Source: Rubripirellula sp.
Lineage (GTDB): Bacteria > Planctomycetota > Planctomycetia > Pirellulales > Pirellulaceae
DNA: 64,000 nt
Reading direction: 5' to 3'
Assembly: GCA_965216875.1 (NCBI GenBank)
Contig: OZ244207.1
Coordinates: 3,616,001-3,680,000 of the forward strand
Part shown: positions 39,230 through 49,701 of the stretch, one piece after another
Position numbering within the stretch: position 1 is the stretch's first letter
Layout of the letters: every line of letters starts with the position of its first letter
Translations under genes and position numbers: made by a program
The notes under the pieces: model-generated
The model's input: only the letters and a program-made list of their open reading frames with translations
Database searches by the model: none
What the model was told of the DNA's origin: nothing

Positions 39230-40276
39230 TCACCGCTCGTAAATGGGTAGGAAGCGATAGTTTACCGCTAGCGCCAAAAGCGAAAGCGTTGTCGACACAT
39301 AGGTGCCTTGATTCCCCTGCATGCTGCCATCGTCGTTTTGGACGTTCTTGAGCCGTCGCACAAGGAGCTTGTTCCATTTCTCCCAAGCATCAATGTCGCC
39401 TTGAAACAAGGCTTGGGCTTGGTAGTAACTTTGGTATTCGATACCGCCGTGGCCAGCACTGCCGCCGTTGATTTTGTTCTTCAAATACTGAAGCGTCGAA
39501 TCATATTGCTTCAGGTCTTTGCGACGAGAGATCGCGAACACGAGCGTTCCGATCGAGATGCGTGCTAGGGATTCGTCGAATCCGCCGATGCCACCCGAGT
39601 AGGCGACCTGGCCTGAGGGTGCCGTCATTTTCACAAAGTAGGAAATGGCTTTGTCCACCGCTTCATCGGGAACTTCGATGCCAGCATTGCGTGCAGCCAA
39701 CAACCCCATCAACACGGCGCCCGCAACGGACGTGTCAGCGTCATTGCCACTGGGACTGTAGCGCCAGGCCCCCATTGAGTTGTTCTTTTGGCTGGTAACC
39801 GCTGCGCGAACGGCAAGTTCGAGGGATTGGCCGATCGTTAGATTCTCGGCACTCGAACCCGACGGCCAAAGATTGCGATCGTCCACCGTCCCGTAGGCTT
39901 CGGCCAGTCCGAGCATGGCGAAACCGTGGTGGTACATGCTGTTTCCGAAGTAACCGGTGCCCTTGTCTTGGGTGCGGATCATGTTGCGCAAACAGCGGCG
40001 AATGTTACTGGCGTACAAACCAAAGTTGGGATCTTCGCCCGAGGCCAGGAAACACATCAGCGCCATGCCGCCAACACCTGGTCCTTGGTGACTCGATGGC
40101 CAACTGCCATCTTCTTTTTGCGTGCGCACCAAGAACTGCAAGCCGCGGTCGTACATCTCACGCACGTCACGTGGGACCGCATCACCGGTGCGAATCTCGA
40201 CCGCTTGCGCGTGCACGATTGACGGCAGCAACATCGGTAACAGAATCACCAACACCATAAAGATTCGAGAGCTCAT
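39230..40276 (-). CDS. prenyltransferase/squalene-cyclase-repeat (QW-like) protein
   Basis: QKEDGSW, MYHHGFAMLGLAEAYG, GAWRY..DADTSV, QNDDGS. Confidence 0.82.
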   Translation of the reverse strand: MSSRIFMVLVILLPMLLPSIVHAQAVEIRTGDAVPRDVREMYDRGLQFLVRTQKEDGSWPSSHQGPGVGGMALMCFLASGEDPNFGLYASNIRRCLRNMIRTQDKGTGYFGNSMYHHGFAMLGLAEAYGTVDDRNLWPSGSSAENLTIGQSLELAVRAAVTSQKNNSMGAWRYSPSGNDADTSVAGAVLMGLLAARNAGIEVPDEAVDKAISYFVKMTAPSGQVAYSGGIGGFDESLARISIGTLVFAISRRKDLKQYDSTLQYLKNKINGGSAGHGGIEYQSYYQAQALFQGDIDAWEKWNKLLVRRLKNVQNDDGSMQGNQGTYVSTTLSLLALAVNYRFLPIYER

Positions 40277-41061
40277 TCTTCCTCCTCGAACTGTGCCTGC
40301 AGGTGCGGCTCCATCGCTTTGCCCTGTTGGATCATCGCAGCGATGACCTTCCATTCGTCATCATTGAAGTAGGGACGCAGTTTTTCCGTCGGCACTTTGC
40401 TCATCTGCAAAAGTACCGCATAGAAATGCATACTCGACTGGCCGTAATACCTTGGCGGCTTGGTCTCATCGACGATCAATTCGATGATCGCGTCGCGTTG
40501 CTTCCGCGTCATCGGGACCTTGCGTTCAATCATCGAGAGCGTCATTCGAATGTTGTCGATGTAGATCGCCTTCTCGCGTTGGCGCTTCATCGCTTCGAAT
40601 TCGTGCTGTTGGTTTTCGTCCAAGATCGAATTAACTGTCTTGGCGAACAACGACTTGGGACCATGCAAACCGGCGTTGTACCGAGTTTGAAGTGGACGTG
40701 TCTTTTGCCAAACCTGCTGCCACTCGTCGCGTGGGATACCGCCAAAGGTCATGCCGCGTTTGACGCGTTCGTAGTCATTGAAGAAGCGGTGGATATCGCC
40801 ACTTCCAGCAAGTTCGAGTTTCTCGCGTTGGGCGTCCGTCAAATGCACCGCCATATCGACGAAATCGATCTGCACCTGCAGCGCTTCATCGGTTCGCTTC
40901 TTTGCAGCCGCGTGCGTGCGTTGATTGCCAAATATGTTTTGAACGAACGATTGCTCCGTAAACTGAATCAAGTCGTTGGCCATCACGACCTGCGCCGACG
41001 CTGGCTTCGCCACAGCGACGAGTGCCAAAAAACTGACTGCGATGATGAATCGAAGCTTCAT
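40273..41061 (-). CDS. secreted hypothetical protein
   Basis: Signal peptide; ATGA coupling to both neighbours. Confidence 0.78.
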   Translation of the reverse strand: MKLRFIIAVSFLALVAVAKPASAQVVMANDLIQFTEQSFVQNIFGNQRTHAAAKKRTDEALQVQIDFVDMAVHLTDAQREKLELAGSGDIHRFFNDYERVKRGMTFGGIPRDEWQQVWQKTRPLQTRYNAGLHGPKSLFAKTVNSILDENQQHEFEAMKRQREKAIYIDNIRMTLSMIERKVPMTRKQRDAIIELIVDETKPPRYYGQSSMHFYAVLLQMSKVPTEKLRPYFNDDEWKVIAAMIQQGKAMEPHLQAQFEEEE

Positions 41062-42041
41062 TGCTGAGCCTCCAATTCGGTCGTCTCCTCGGTCTCTGAC
41101 GCGGCCGCATCTGGCAGGTCCGCACTGGGTAGGTCCGCGTTGGGAGCTTCGGCGGTCCCATCATCACCAGCCTTTGGCTCGCTCTTTGGCTTCGGTTTTT
41201 CAAACGCCGGCAGTTCGACACCGAACGAAAACGAGTCTTGAACGCCAAGTTCCATCTGCCAACCAAAGTTGACTGACGTGTTGTTGTTGCGTTGTGTCCA
41301 AAGGGACTGCTGTCGATCGGTCAGGTGAGGTTTCAAGATGTAGGTTTCTGGGAGCCGGGCGTATTGGGGATACATGAACAGCCGGACTCCGGTTGACCAG
41401 CCCTTGCTCCATTTTTCGTTCAATTCGACCTTGATATCGTCATGCTGTTTGGGCGTTAGCAACAACGCGTCGTCGATGTGAACCAGCATGGTTCCGAGGG
41501 AAGCGTCTCGTTCGGCGGCGGCTCGCGCGGCCAACTCCTCTCCATAACGCTGAGCCACTTCGGCAGGCATGGTCTCTTTGATCACCGTTTCCAGCGCCGC
41601 GGTTATCTGGGGCTGAGGCTTGGGCCACTGGCTGGCGGCCTGGCGGATCTTTTGCAGGTCTTCGTAATGCTTCGAAAGGTGAGCGACAGCGAGTCGTCCA
41701 GCTCGATGAATCTCGTCAAATTGTTCGTCGTTGGGCTGGCAAACCTTTTTGACAAAATGCAATTCGACGGTAAGCACTTTGGACACAAATGGCGAATACA
41801 TGTTGGCAAAATCGCCATCCACGTTTTTGCGCACAAGCTCGGCCGGCTGAAGCGCCATGACCGGTACCGGCGCAGCCGGTCGAGCAGGCTTTCGCTCGCC
41901 ATTGATGAGATTGCCCAACACTTTCAAGACACCGCCTTCGTCTTGGGCATGAGTGCTCGACAGCATGCCCAGAACGATCGCGCTGACGACAGCAAGTCGT
42001 TTCACGCCGCAAAGGTGTTTCGTCAGTAAGCGATCAAACAT
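41058..42041 (-). CDS. secreted hypothetical protein
   Basis: Signal-like N-terminus; TGATG overlap with the upstream stop. Confidence 0.75.
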   Translation of the reverse strand: MFDRLLTKHLCGVKRLAVVSAIVLGMLSSTHAQDEGGVLKVLGNLINGERKPARPAAPVPVMALQPAELVRKNVDGDFANMYSPFVSKVLTVELHFVKKVCQPNDEQFDEIHRAGRLAVAHLSKHYEDLQKIRQAASQWPKPQPQITAALETVIKETMPAEVAQRYGEELAARAAAERDASLGTMLVHIDDALLLTPKQHDDIKVELNEKWSKGWSTGVRLFMYPQYARLPETYILKPHLTDRQQSLWTQRNNNTSVNFGWQMELGVQDSFSFGVELPAFEKPKPKSEPKAGDDGTAEAPNADLPSADLPDAAASETEETTELEAQQ

Positions 42042-45000
42042 CAGTCGTTCTGCCAACCCTCAAGCTGGTTGAAGTACTTGTCCAATCCAGTGCGGAACTC
42101 TTCGGGCAATGTCGCTCCGGCCGTTCCGGTCGACTGGCTGGATGCCGTCAAGTCTTCACGAACTTCCTTTTCATTCACTCCACTTCCGACCAACGCAAGT
42201 GCAGGTGTCTCGGTGTCGCCGCCACCGCCACCACCAGGACTTGCGCCACCACCGCCGCCACCGTTCGGGTTAAACCGCTTCGACTGCAGCAACAATTCGA
42301 TGATTTCAGTCTCCGCAGCAATCGCCGGTGCACCTGTCTCGGGACGTCGCAAAATGTCGACCGTCTCAAGCATGACATCTTCGACTTTCGACAGGAGCTT
42401 GATTTCCTTCGCGAATTGAGCTTGCGCGTCGGGCAACTCCTTGATTCGCTCGACGACTTTCTCCATTCGCACGCGGAACTCTTCTTGAGTTCCCGATAAC
42501 TTCTCGCCTGTCATCGTGTGTTCGGTATCGGTGACGGCAGGACGAGCCTGTTCGGCGACGCGTGTCTGCTCACGCAATTTCACTTCGCCTTCTAAGAGTT
42601 GCAAAACTTCCAATACGATCGATGGTGGCAAACTGCCAGCCGATTTGCAGCCCGGTCACAAACCGCCCTTGGTCACTTCAACCAGGTCTTCGGCCCAGCG
42701 ATCAAAGTTCTCACTCCAGTATTCCGCCTGTGAGATCGAAAGTCCGTTTTCTTTCTTCAAGTCATCACTCAGATGCCGAAGTCCCGCGGTCACGTCCTGA
42801 TCACGCATGTCATCCAACACCACTTTGAACCGCATGAAACGGCTGCGTTCGAAATAAGCAGCCATGTCGTCCATGATGTGCGAGGCTTCCTGGCTCGAAA
42901 CCGATTCGGTTTCAGACAGTTTCGCAAAGGTGTCTGCATTGCCTTCTTTCTGGCGGTTTGAGACCCCGAAAGTATCCGCGACCATCGAGCCGAGTTTCAT
43001 CGCAACTTGTTGCTGCTTTCGCGACGACGCCTTCAACCGCTTGACCAGAGTGCTGCCTTCAAGATTGGCAAGCACGTTGTTGAGTTCATCAACGATCTTT
43101 TCGAACTCGGCAAGCAGATCCTCTTGTTGCTCGACCGCTTCATCCACTTGTTCGTTCGCGGGTGGCGGTGGCTGATCACTCTTTTGGCCGCCGCCGGCAA
43201 GCATTGTTGTTGGCAACGTCAATCGTGGTTTCCCACCACTATCTTCTTGCGGTTCGCTTGGTTCCTTCGACTCAGGCTGATGATGCGACGATTCAACATC
43301 GCTGATTGTCGGAACCTTTGTGGGATCTTTTGGCTCGCCTGGCTTTTTGGGGTCAGCCGCGCCCGATTGAGTCAATCGGTTTTGCCCAGCCTTGGGAGCC
43401 TGGTTCTGTTGGCTCGGTGGACTTGACGGTTTCGCTGGAGCCTTTGATGCCTGCTTGAGCAGGTCGGCAACCGAAGGCATCCGGTTACCGCTAATGTCTT
43501 TAAGAACCTGCATCATCTCGGCCCACTTGTCCAAGTGCCCAACGCCGATCTCTGGATTCCGCATCGCCTCTTTGAGCAACATCTCGCCGAACGAGGTCAG
43601 GTTGGTGAGCCGACGCCCGTTGGCTCGTTCACCCTGGGCCTGCGAAGCGAGCAGGCGTCGGTTCTCGGGCCGATCGAGTTGCTCGGGCGACATGTCACGC
43701 AGTTGCTTGTTCGTTTCGTAAAGCTGCATCTCGCGATCGCGAACGTCCAATGACATGCGATGCCAGCGACTCAGCTCGGCCGTCACCCAAATCGCATGCT
43801 GTTCGGCGTTCAGTACGTTAAAGACGCAGGTCGGCGAATAGATGCGAGGTCGATCGGGAAAGTAGTCTTCGACAAACACGCGTACGGCCAACGGCTGTGG
43901 CGCGATCTCATTCTCTTTGGCCGAAAAGGTCGCGGCCAACTCGAGAAACTCGGCTTCGTAATCGCCGGCGCCGATCACCTTTTCGCCTTTGGCAAAACCT
44001 TGGACGGTTTCATCAAGTCCAACCCACTGAATCCCGACTCGTTTGACGCCAAAATCGTCGCGAGCTCGCACCTTGAACGTCAACACTTCGGTGTCGAGCA
44101 GAACCTTGCGGCGTGGCAGGTTTTCGCAAATCAACGTCGGCATTTCGTCATCGACGCCTTCGATGGTCAGTTCGAAGGGGCGTTTGCCGCTGAGCCCAAA
44201 CTGGTCCTCCCACTGCATCTCGATCTTTTCCGTTCCGTCAATCTTGACTGGTGGTGTCGAGAACTCGGAATCGGTTGTTGATTGAGGCTTGCCATTGACG
44301 AGCGCTGCCGATAGCTCTCGTGATGCGGTGGCCGTCAACGTGGTCTCGCTTCCTTTGACGACCGTCAAGGTCGCACCACGAATACTCTTTTCCAGCAACT
44401 TTTTGCGGCCGAGGTAATCGGGCAACTTCACTGCAGCCGACAAACCACTCAATTCGGGTCGCAACATCGGTTCGATTTTGGTTTCACCGGCAAAGTCACC
44501 GACGCGAACATTCAAATTGCTGTCGGCGATTTGCCCTGGAAGTTCAAAGTGATACTCGCTGTCGTCAGCAAGATCGGCCTCTTCGGCGGTGTGTCCTGCG
44601 AGGTTGACCGACGCCTTGGATGGTTTCCATTGCGTCGACTCTTGCAACTTGATCGCAACGTCGAACGATTCACCATGGGGCACGACGATCCGCTCGGGAA
44701 GTGGTTCGATCGCCGCGAACGTATAGCGAGGCGTCTCGCCCCAAGGCTTCAGGAAGCGTGCCCACGCGTTCTTTGCCGCAGCGGCGGTGAACAACAAGAG
44801 GGCAACGGCAACAAACCCGAGGAAGCCAACCGCGTACCCGCGTTGGATGTGTTGTGGATTGGGGATCGCGCCTCGCAGGTCTTGCTGCTCGACATTCTCG
44901 GCCACTTGCTTGATGGCCGCTTCGACCAGCTCGGGCGAGCGTGATTGCTCGGACGAATCTTCCGAGAGCTCGATCACACCAAGCAGTTGATCGCCAGCAC

Positions 45001-45349
45001 TTGGATGGGTTTGCGAAAGTAGACGCGCCAATTGGTCCATTCGCCTGCGTCGCCAGACCCAGCGTTCCAAACCGACCGGCACAAGCGCACACGCTGCGAT
45101 CGCGCCAAAGAAGATCACCGTACGAATGATCGCTGGCGTGTCAAAGAGACGATCAAGCGTATAGGTCAGCAGAAAGCCGACCAGAATGCCAATGACCGCG
45201 GCGGCGAACGCCTCGAACATCTTCAACCGCCAAACCCGCCCACGGAAATCGAGCAGTTTCGCTTTGAGCGATTCGGGGATCTGAAGTTGGTTATTCGACG
45301 TGACCTGCATGGGACCTTTTCTCCCAAGTGAAATAACTTGTGTTGTCAT
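42041..45349 (-). CDS. membrane-anchored coiled-coil protein, putative selenoprotein (in-frame TGA at 42656-42658, UPGC), ~1102 aa
   Basis: 897-aa and 196-aa ORFs share one frame: ACC AAG GGC GGT TTG TGA CCG GGC TGC AAA; SECIS-like hairpin follows; alternative is a nonsense allele. Confidence 0.72.
42600..42655 (-). promoter_or_regulatory. candidate bacterial SECIS element
   Basis: UGGCA-GUU-UGCCA with the loop 22 nt after the UGA, extendable by GG/CC around a bulged C, AUC/GAU and UGCAA/UUGCA. Confidence 0.55.
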
Positions 45350-45478
45350 CTGGCGTTGCCGCCAGAATCGACCCGGTCTTTCGATGTGTGTTTATTGTTT
45401 CCTGTTCATCCAGCCACTGCTAGACACATTGTCTTGGCTGGGCAGAAATACCTGCCAGCCAACCGTCATTTGCTGATC

Positions 45479-47689
45479 CTAGATCAGTCCTACCGCTTTT
45501 CTCCAAACCCAAAAGATTCCCAAAAGCAGGACAATCAGGGCGAACGCCAGCGGGTGACTCCAAAGTTGCAAGCGTCGCACCGATGGCGGTGGCATCGGCA
45601 AATCAGCCAGCGCCGCGATCACTTGGTCGATCTCCTCGGGTCGAACCGACTGGCCCCGTGAAACCATCGACAACTCCTGCAGCACTTCGGGCCGAGCCGG
45701 CTTGCCGACTTGTTCAATCTGTTGGCCTTGCACGAAAAAGTTCGCCTGCAGCGTCGCGCCCGTTTGTCGGCAAGCTAACGTTACGTCATGTTTGCCTGGT
45801 TCCGTTGGCACGTAACGACCTTCGAAAACACCCCAGCGATCGCCTTCGGCAGTCAAACGAATCGTGTCCGAATTGCCCGAAGGCGCGATGATTCGGGCCG
45901 TCACATCACCCTTGGCCAGCGGTTCGCCGCCGTTGTCCATCACATGAGCATGGAAGGTAAGCGTGCGTCGCATTTCGGGTTGATCGGGCGTGTAGTAAAG
46001 ACGCATCGTTTCGCCCTTGGCCATGTTGCGTTGGTACGCCATCCAGCGCACCACCTGACCCCAAAAGCGATAGTGGTACTTGTCTTCGACACCTTTACGC
46101 CACCGCCATGCACCGTCGGTTCCCATGAACAGAACCTTGCCCGCGCCGTAAGTGCGCGTCGCCAGCAACGGCAAGCGACCGTACTTGTTTGACATCTCGC
46201 CATGAACCGCAAGGACTTCGCAACCGGCTTTGGCGCGAATCACTGGAGCGTACCACTGGAATCCAGGCAGGTCTTCCCAAACTTGAACGTTCTCCTGGCT
46301 GGTATCGGCAAGCTTGGTCAACAAACTGCTTCGCCCGCGTTCAGTCAATTCAAAGTGGCCGGGTGTTCGCGATCCCCAACCGCCAAGTTGGGCCTCGTCC
46401 AAGATCACGGGGCACAACTCCTTCAAACTCGTCTCCAACAAGCTGAATTGTCGCCCCTGCCAACCAGGCATGAAGACAAGACCGCTGGCCTGATGTTCGA
46501 CCAAGCCTTTGACCAGATCGCATTGCTCTTCGGTCAATTGGCCATCTTCAAGTCCAACGTCTCCGAGAAAGACAACGTCGTATTGCGAAAGATCTTCAAT
46601 CGCTTCAGGAAAGGCTTTGATGTAATCCTTTGATCCGCCACCCACCTTGTCCAATCCGGGATGAAACAGCAAGCAAGAGACATCGACACCGGGATCGCGC
46701 GACAACGCGTTTCGCAAATAGCGGTATTCCCACCGCGGGTACGACTCGACCAGTAGGACTTTCAGTTTCTCTTCGCGAATCGCAATTGGCGCCGATTGTT
46801 CGTTGTTGCCGGGGATCGTTTCGTCGGCATGTTTGGGGATCGTCAAAGTGACCGAGTAGTCGCCCGTGACTTGTGGCTTCCAATTGATTGCGTCGGTCGT
46901 GCGACCCATCGGGGCAATGCGTACATCTTTGGTAAGCGTTTCGCCATCGGAGGTTTTCAGAGACACCGTCGTTAGGAACTCTCGTGGCAGTGAGCTGTCG
47001 ACGGTAAATGGAATCCGCACCACCTTGCCCGCCGTTCCAAAGGTTGGCAGGTCAACACTGACCAATTCCAAATCGGGCAATCGTGTGGCGCTGCCCGAGG
47101 CCACGGTGAAAACGGGAACGCCTTTGGTGCGCAGTCGCGATGCCGCTTCCACGGGCGGTTTGCCTTGGTTCCAATCGCCATCGGAAATCAATACGATCCC
47201 CAGCAGTTGGTTGACGCGTGCCGCCACTTCCAACAAGGGTTCGTTCAAATCCGTGCCAATCGAATTCGCTTCACCCACCGACTCGGGCGAAGCAATCGGT
47301 TCGACAACCACGTTAAGTTTTTCATCGAGTGCGTTCCACGCGTCGGCTTTGGTCAGCGAATCGATCGCCTCGGCTCGGGTGATCGCGCCGACTTCGGCGT
47401 CGCCAGTGACAACATCACGTGTCTGCATGCTTGCCGATTGGTCCCACAAGACGGCAATGGTTGGCTTTGCGTCGGGACGGTATTCTTCGACCCACTCGGG
47501 TTGGTTCAACAGGATCGCCACCATGGCAACGATCACAACGCGAAGCGTTTCCAAGCCGGCCACCGACCGCGAATAGCCGCTTCGCTGCCACGCGAAAACA
47601 CCAAGCGCCGCGGTTGCCAACACAACCACAACCGCTGCGACGACCGAAAAGGTTGTCCCCATGAAGGTGAGCTGCTGAACGGAGTTCAT
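45479..47689 (-). CDS. membrane protein with vWA and glutamine-amidotransferase-like domains
   Basis: VLWDQSASM, LISDGDWN, PRWEYRYLRNAL, YGAGKVLFMGTDGAWRWR. Confidence 0.82.
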   Translation of the reverse strand: MNSVQQLTFMGTTFSVVAAVVVVLATAALGVFAWQRSGYSRSVAGLETLRVVIVAMVAILLNQPEWVEEYRPDAKPTIAVLWDQSASMQTRDVVTGDAEVGAITRAEAIDSLTKADAWNALDEKLNVVVEPIASPESVGEANSIGTDLNEPLLEVAARVNQLLGIVLISDGDWNQGKPPVEAASRLRTKGVPVFTVASGSATRLPDLELVSVDLPTFGTAGKVVRIPFTVDSSLPREFLTTVSLKTSDGETLTKDVRIAPMGRTTDAINWKPQVTGDYSVTLTIPKHADETIPGNNEQSAPIAIREEKLKVLLVESYPRWEYRYLRNALSRDPGVDVSCLLFHPGLDKVGGGSKDYIKAFPEAIEDLSQYDVVFLGDVGLEDGQLTEEQCDLVKGLVEHQASGLVFMPGWQGRQFSLLETSLKELCPVILDEAQLGGWGSRTPGHFELTERGRSSLLTKLADTSQENVQVWEDLPGFQWYAPVIRAKAGCEVLAVHGEMSNKYGRLPLLATRTYGAGKVLFMGTDGAWRWRKGVEDKYHYRFWGQVVRWMAYQRNMAKGETMRLYYTPDQPEMRRTLTFHAHVMDNGGEPLAKGDVTARIIAPSGNSDTIRLTAEGDRWGVFEGRYVPTEPGKHDVTLACRQTGATLQANFFVQGQQIEQVGKPARPEVLQELSMVSRGQSVRPEEIDQVIAALADLPMPPPSVRRLQLWSHPLAFALIVLLLGIFWVWRKAVGLI

Positions 47690-49701
47690 GATGCTGCTCC
47701 TTCATTGGCGAACATTGGCCCCGATCCCTTCGTCACCTTGCGTGGGATGCACAACGCTGCCTCGAGCACGAGTGCAACGAGCATGATGACTAAGAAGAGC
47801 CGCCAGATCTCCTGGATCAACGACGTGCCACTTCCTGCGCTGTCGTCGACACGGTCAAAGTCGAGCTGTTCGAATAGCCCCGCCACACGATCTTGAGAAA
47901 CGACCGCTGCGACGTCTTCGTCAGCGCTGCGATTGATGGCGAGCAATCGATCCTCTTCGCGGTAGATCCCAGCGTGCGACGCGAACTCACTTGACAACGC
48001 ATCGACCTCGCCAGCGAGTTGCCGCCATTGGGCCGTGTCGGTGGTCGCCAGGGCGCCAGCCGAAACTTGTCGTGTGTTGCCCAGTGACTTGGCACCTTCG
48101 GAAAGGGCTCGTTGAATCATCGCGTAAAGCACCACCCCATCTCGAGCGAGCGACGAATCCGACTGCAGCGCCGTCGTGCTGCAGAAGTAGATGTTGCGAG
48201 CATCGGTGACCGCCTGGGCAAGCAGTGCCGCACCACCGTCAAGTGTGGCGAGAGTCAGCCGTTCTCCCTCGAGCTCGCAGTAGCGATGAACCTTCCACTG
48301 TCCCACGGGAAGGGACGCACCACTTCGCACTTTTGCCAACAAGCCTTGATCACCCGACCAAGTCGAAACCTGAAACGTTTGTTCCTTGTCTTGCCAGTCT
48401 GCCCAGGAAACACCAGCAAACGAATCGGTCGAAGGCGTTGTGGGAGGAAAAAAGATGACCTGACCGCCCCGATCCAAGAATGCATTGAGCTGTCCGCCAA
48501 GGCTGTCGGCGGCGTCGCCACTGGGCAAGTCTGATTGCCAAAGCACGAGCGAAACCTCGTTCCAGTTCACGCCGATCAATTGATCGGGTGAAACCGAAAT
48601 CGCTTCGCAGCGAATCTCCTGTGACGGCGAAATCGAAGCTGCAAACTCGAGCGGCCGGGTTGCGTCGGGATCATCACTGACAATCACGGTCTTTCGCACG
48701 ACCGCTTCGTCGTAAACAAAAAAGAACTCATTGTCCGCGGGACTGGTGTCGGTTGGAATCGAAACGCGTCCCCAACCTCGCGTCTTGCCGCCGTCGAGTT
48801 CAAAGGGAATGTTCTTCAGATCAACTTCCGTCCCGGTGATCTCAGCCGAGAACTCGCTCCGCGCGCCGTCGAGTTCCAACGTGATCGGAATCGTCTGAGT
48901 CGATTCCGCCGGCGTCATCTGTTCGATGCGCAGCGAAAGCAACAGTTCGGGACCGTCCTCGCCGACCACGCGACGCGCATCGGTCACACGTATCGAACGG
49001 TTGGTGGGATCCACATCGGTGTAGGCCAACAAATGGAAACGCACCATTTGCGGCAGTTCCTGCAGTGACTTGCGAACCGCCGTCCAGCGTCCGCTCTCAT
49101 CTTTCCAGTCGTTCCGGCGGACGTCGCTGCAGATCCAGATTTCACAGCGACTCGGGCGATTGGCCCGAATGTACTCGTCGGCAACCTCCAACATCGTTGG
49201 CACATCTGCCGACGCACTCACCGCCCCAGTCTCGGGCAGGTCCTGCAGTACCTCGGGCGATTCAATTTCGACGGCTCGCTCATTCACACTATCGATGAGG
49301 ACGTAGCGATTCGATTCGAGCAAGCTTAGCGAGCGGACCAGTTGGTCGACGCCCGACTGTAATTTGGTTCGGCCACCGGGACCACTCTGCGTCATACTTG
49401 CCGATCGATCGAGCAGGATGATCGTCGTGTCGACCTTGCTGCCAGCCGCGACGCCGATCCAACCACTGGCAAGTGGTCGTGCAATCGCAAACAGCAATCC
49501 TGCGATGGCAAGCGTTCGCGCGGCAAGGATCAACCATTGTCGCAACCGAGCGTAACCGCGCGACATTCGATTGGCCTGCAACAAAAAGGCCATTGCCGCC
49601 CACTGCACGGTTTGAAACCGGCGTTGGTTGATCAAGTGAATGATGATCGGTAGCGCGATTACTGGAATCGCAAACAGCATTGCAGGCTGAATGAAACTCA
49701 T
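47686..49701 (-). CDS. BatA N-terminal double-TM domain plus vWA protein
   Basis: LPIIIHLINQRR..WAAMAFL, LLDRSASM. Confidence 0.87.
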   Translation of the reverse strand: MSFIQPAMLFAIPVIALPIIIHLINQRRFQTVQWAAMAFLLQANRMSRGYARLRQWLILAARTLAIAGLLFAIARPLASGWIGVAAGSKVDTTIILLDRSASMTQSGPGGRTKLQSGVDQLVRSLSLLESNRYVLIDSVNERAVEIESPEVLQDLPETGAVSASADVPTMLEVADEYIRANRPSRCEIWICSDVRRNDWKDESGRWTAVRKSLQELPQMVRFHLLAYTDVDPTNRSIRVTDARRVVGEDGPELLLSLRIEQMTPAESTQTIPITLELDGARSEFSAEITGTEVDLKNIPFELDGGKTRGWGRVSIPTDTSPADNEFFFVYDEAVVRKTVIVSDDPDATRPLEFAASISPSQEIRCEAISVSPDQLIGVNWNEVSLVLWQSDLPSGDAADSLGGQLNAFLDRGGQVIFFPPTTPSTDSFAGVSWADWQDKEQTFQVSTWSGDQGLLAKVRSGASLPVGQWKVHRYCELEGERLTLATLDGGAALLAQAVTDARNIYFCSTTALQSDSSLARDGVVLYAMIQRALSEGAKSLGNTRQVSAGALATTDTAQWRQLAGEVDALSSEFASHAGIYREEDRLLAINRSADEDVAAVVSQDRVAGLFEQLDFDRVDDSAGSGTSLIQEIWRLFLVIMLVALVLEAALCIPRKVTKGSGPMFANEGAAS

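Noticed and set aside
39230..40276. Squalene-hopene cyclase
   Set aside because: Too short, no DxDD motif, apparent export signal
42632..42658. Frameshift or two independent genes
   Set aside because: The ORFs are in the same frame with a 24-nt gap and there is no good start for the downstream part; a nonsense mutation remains possible, but a frameshift does not
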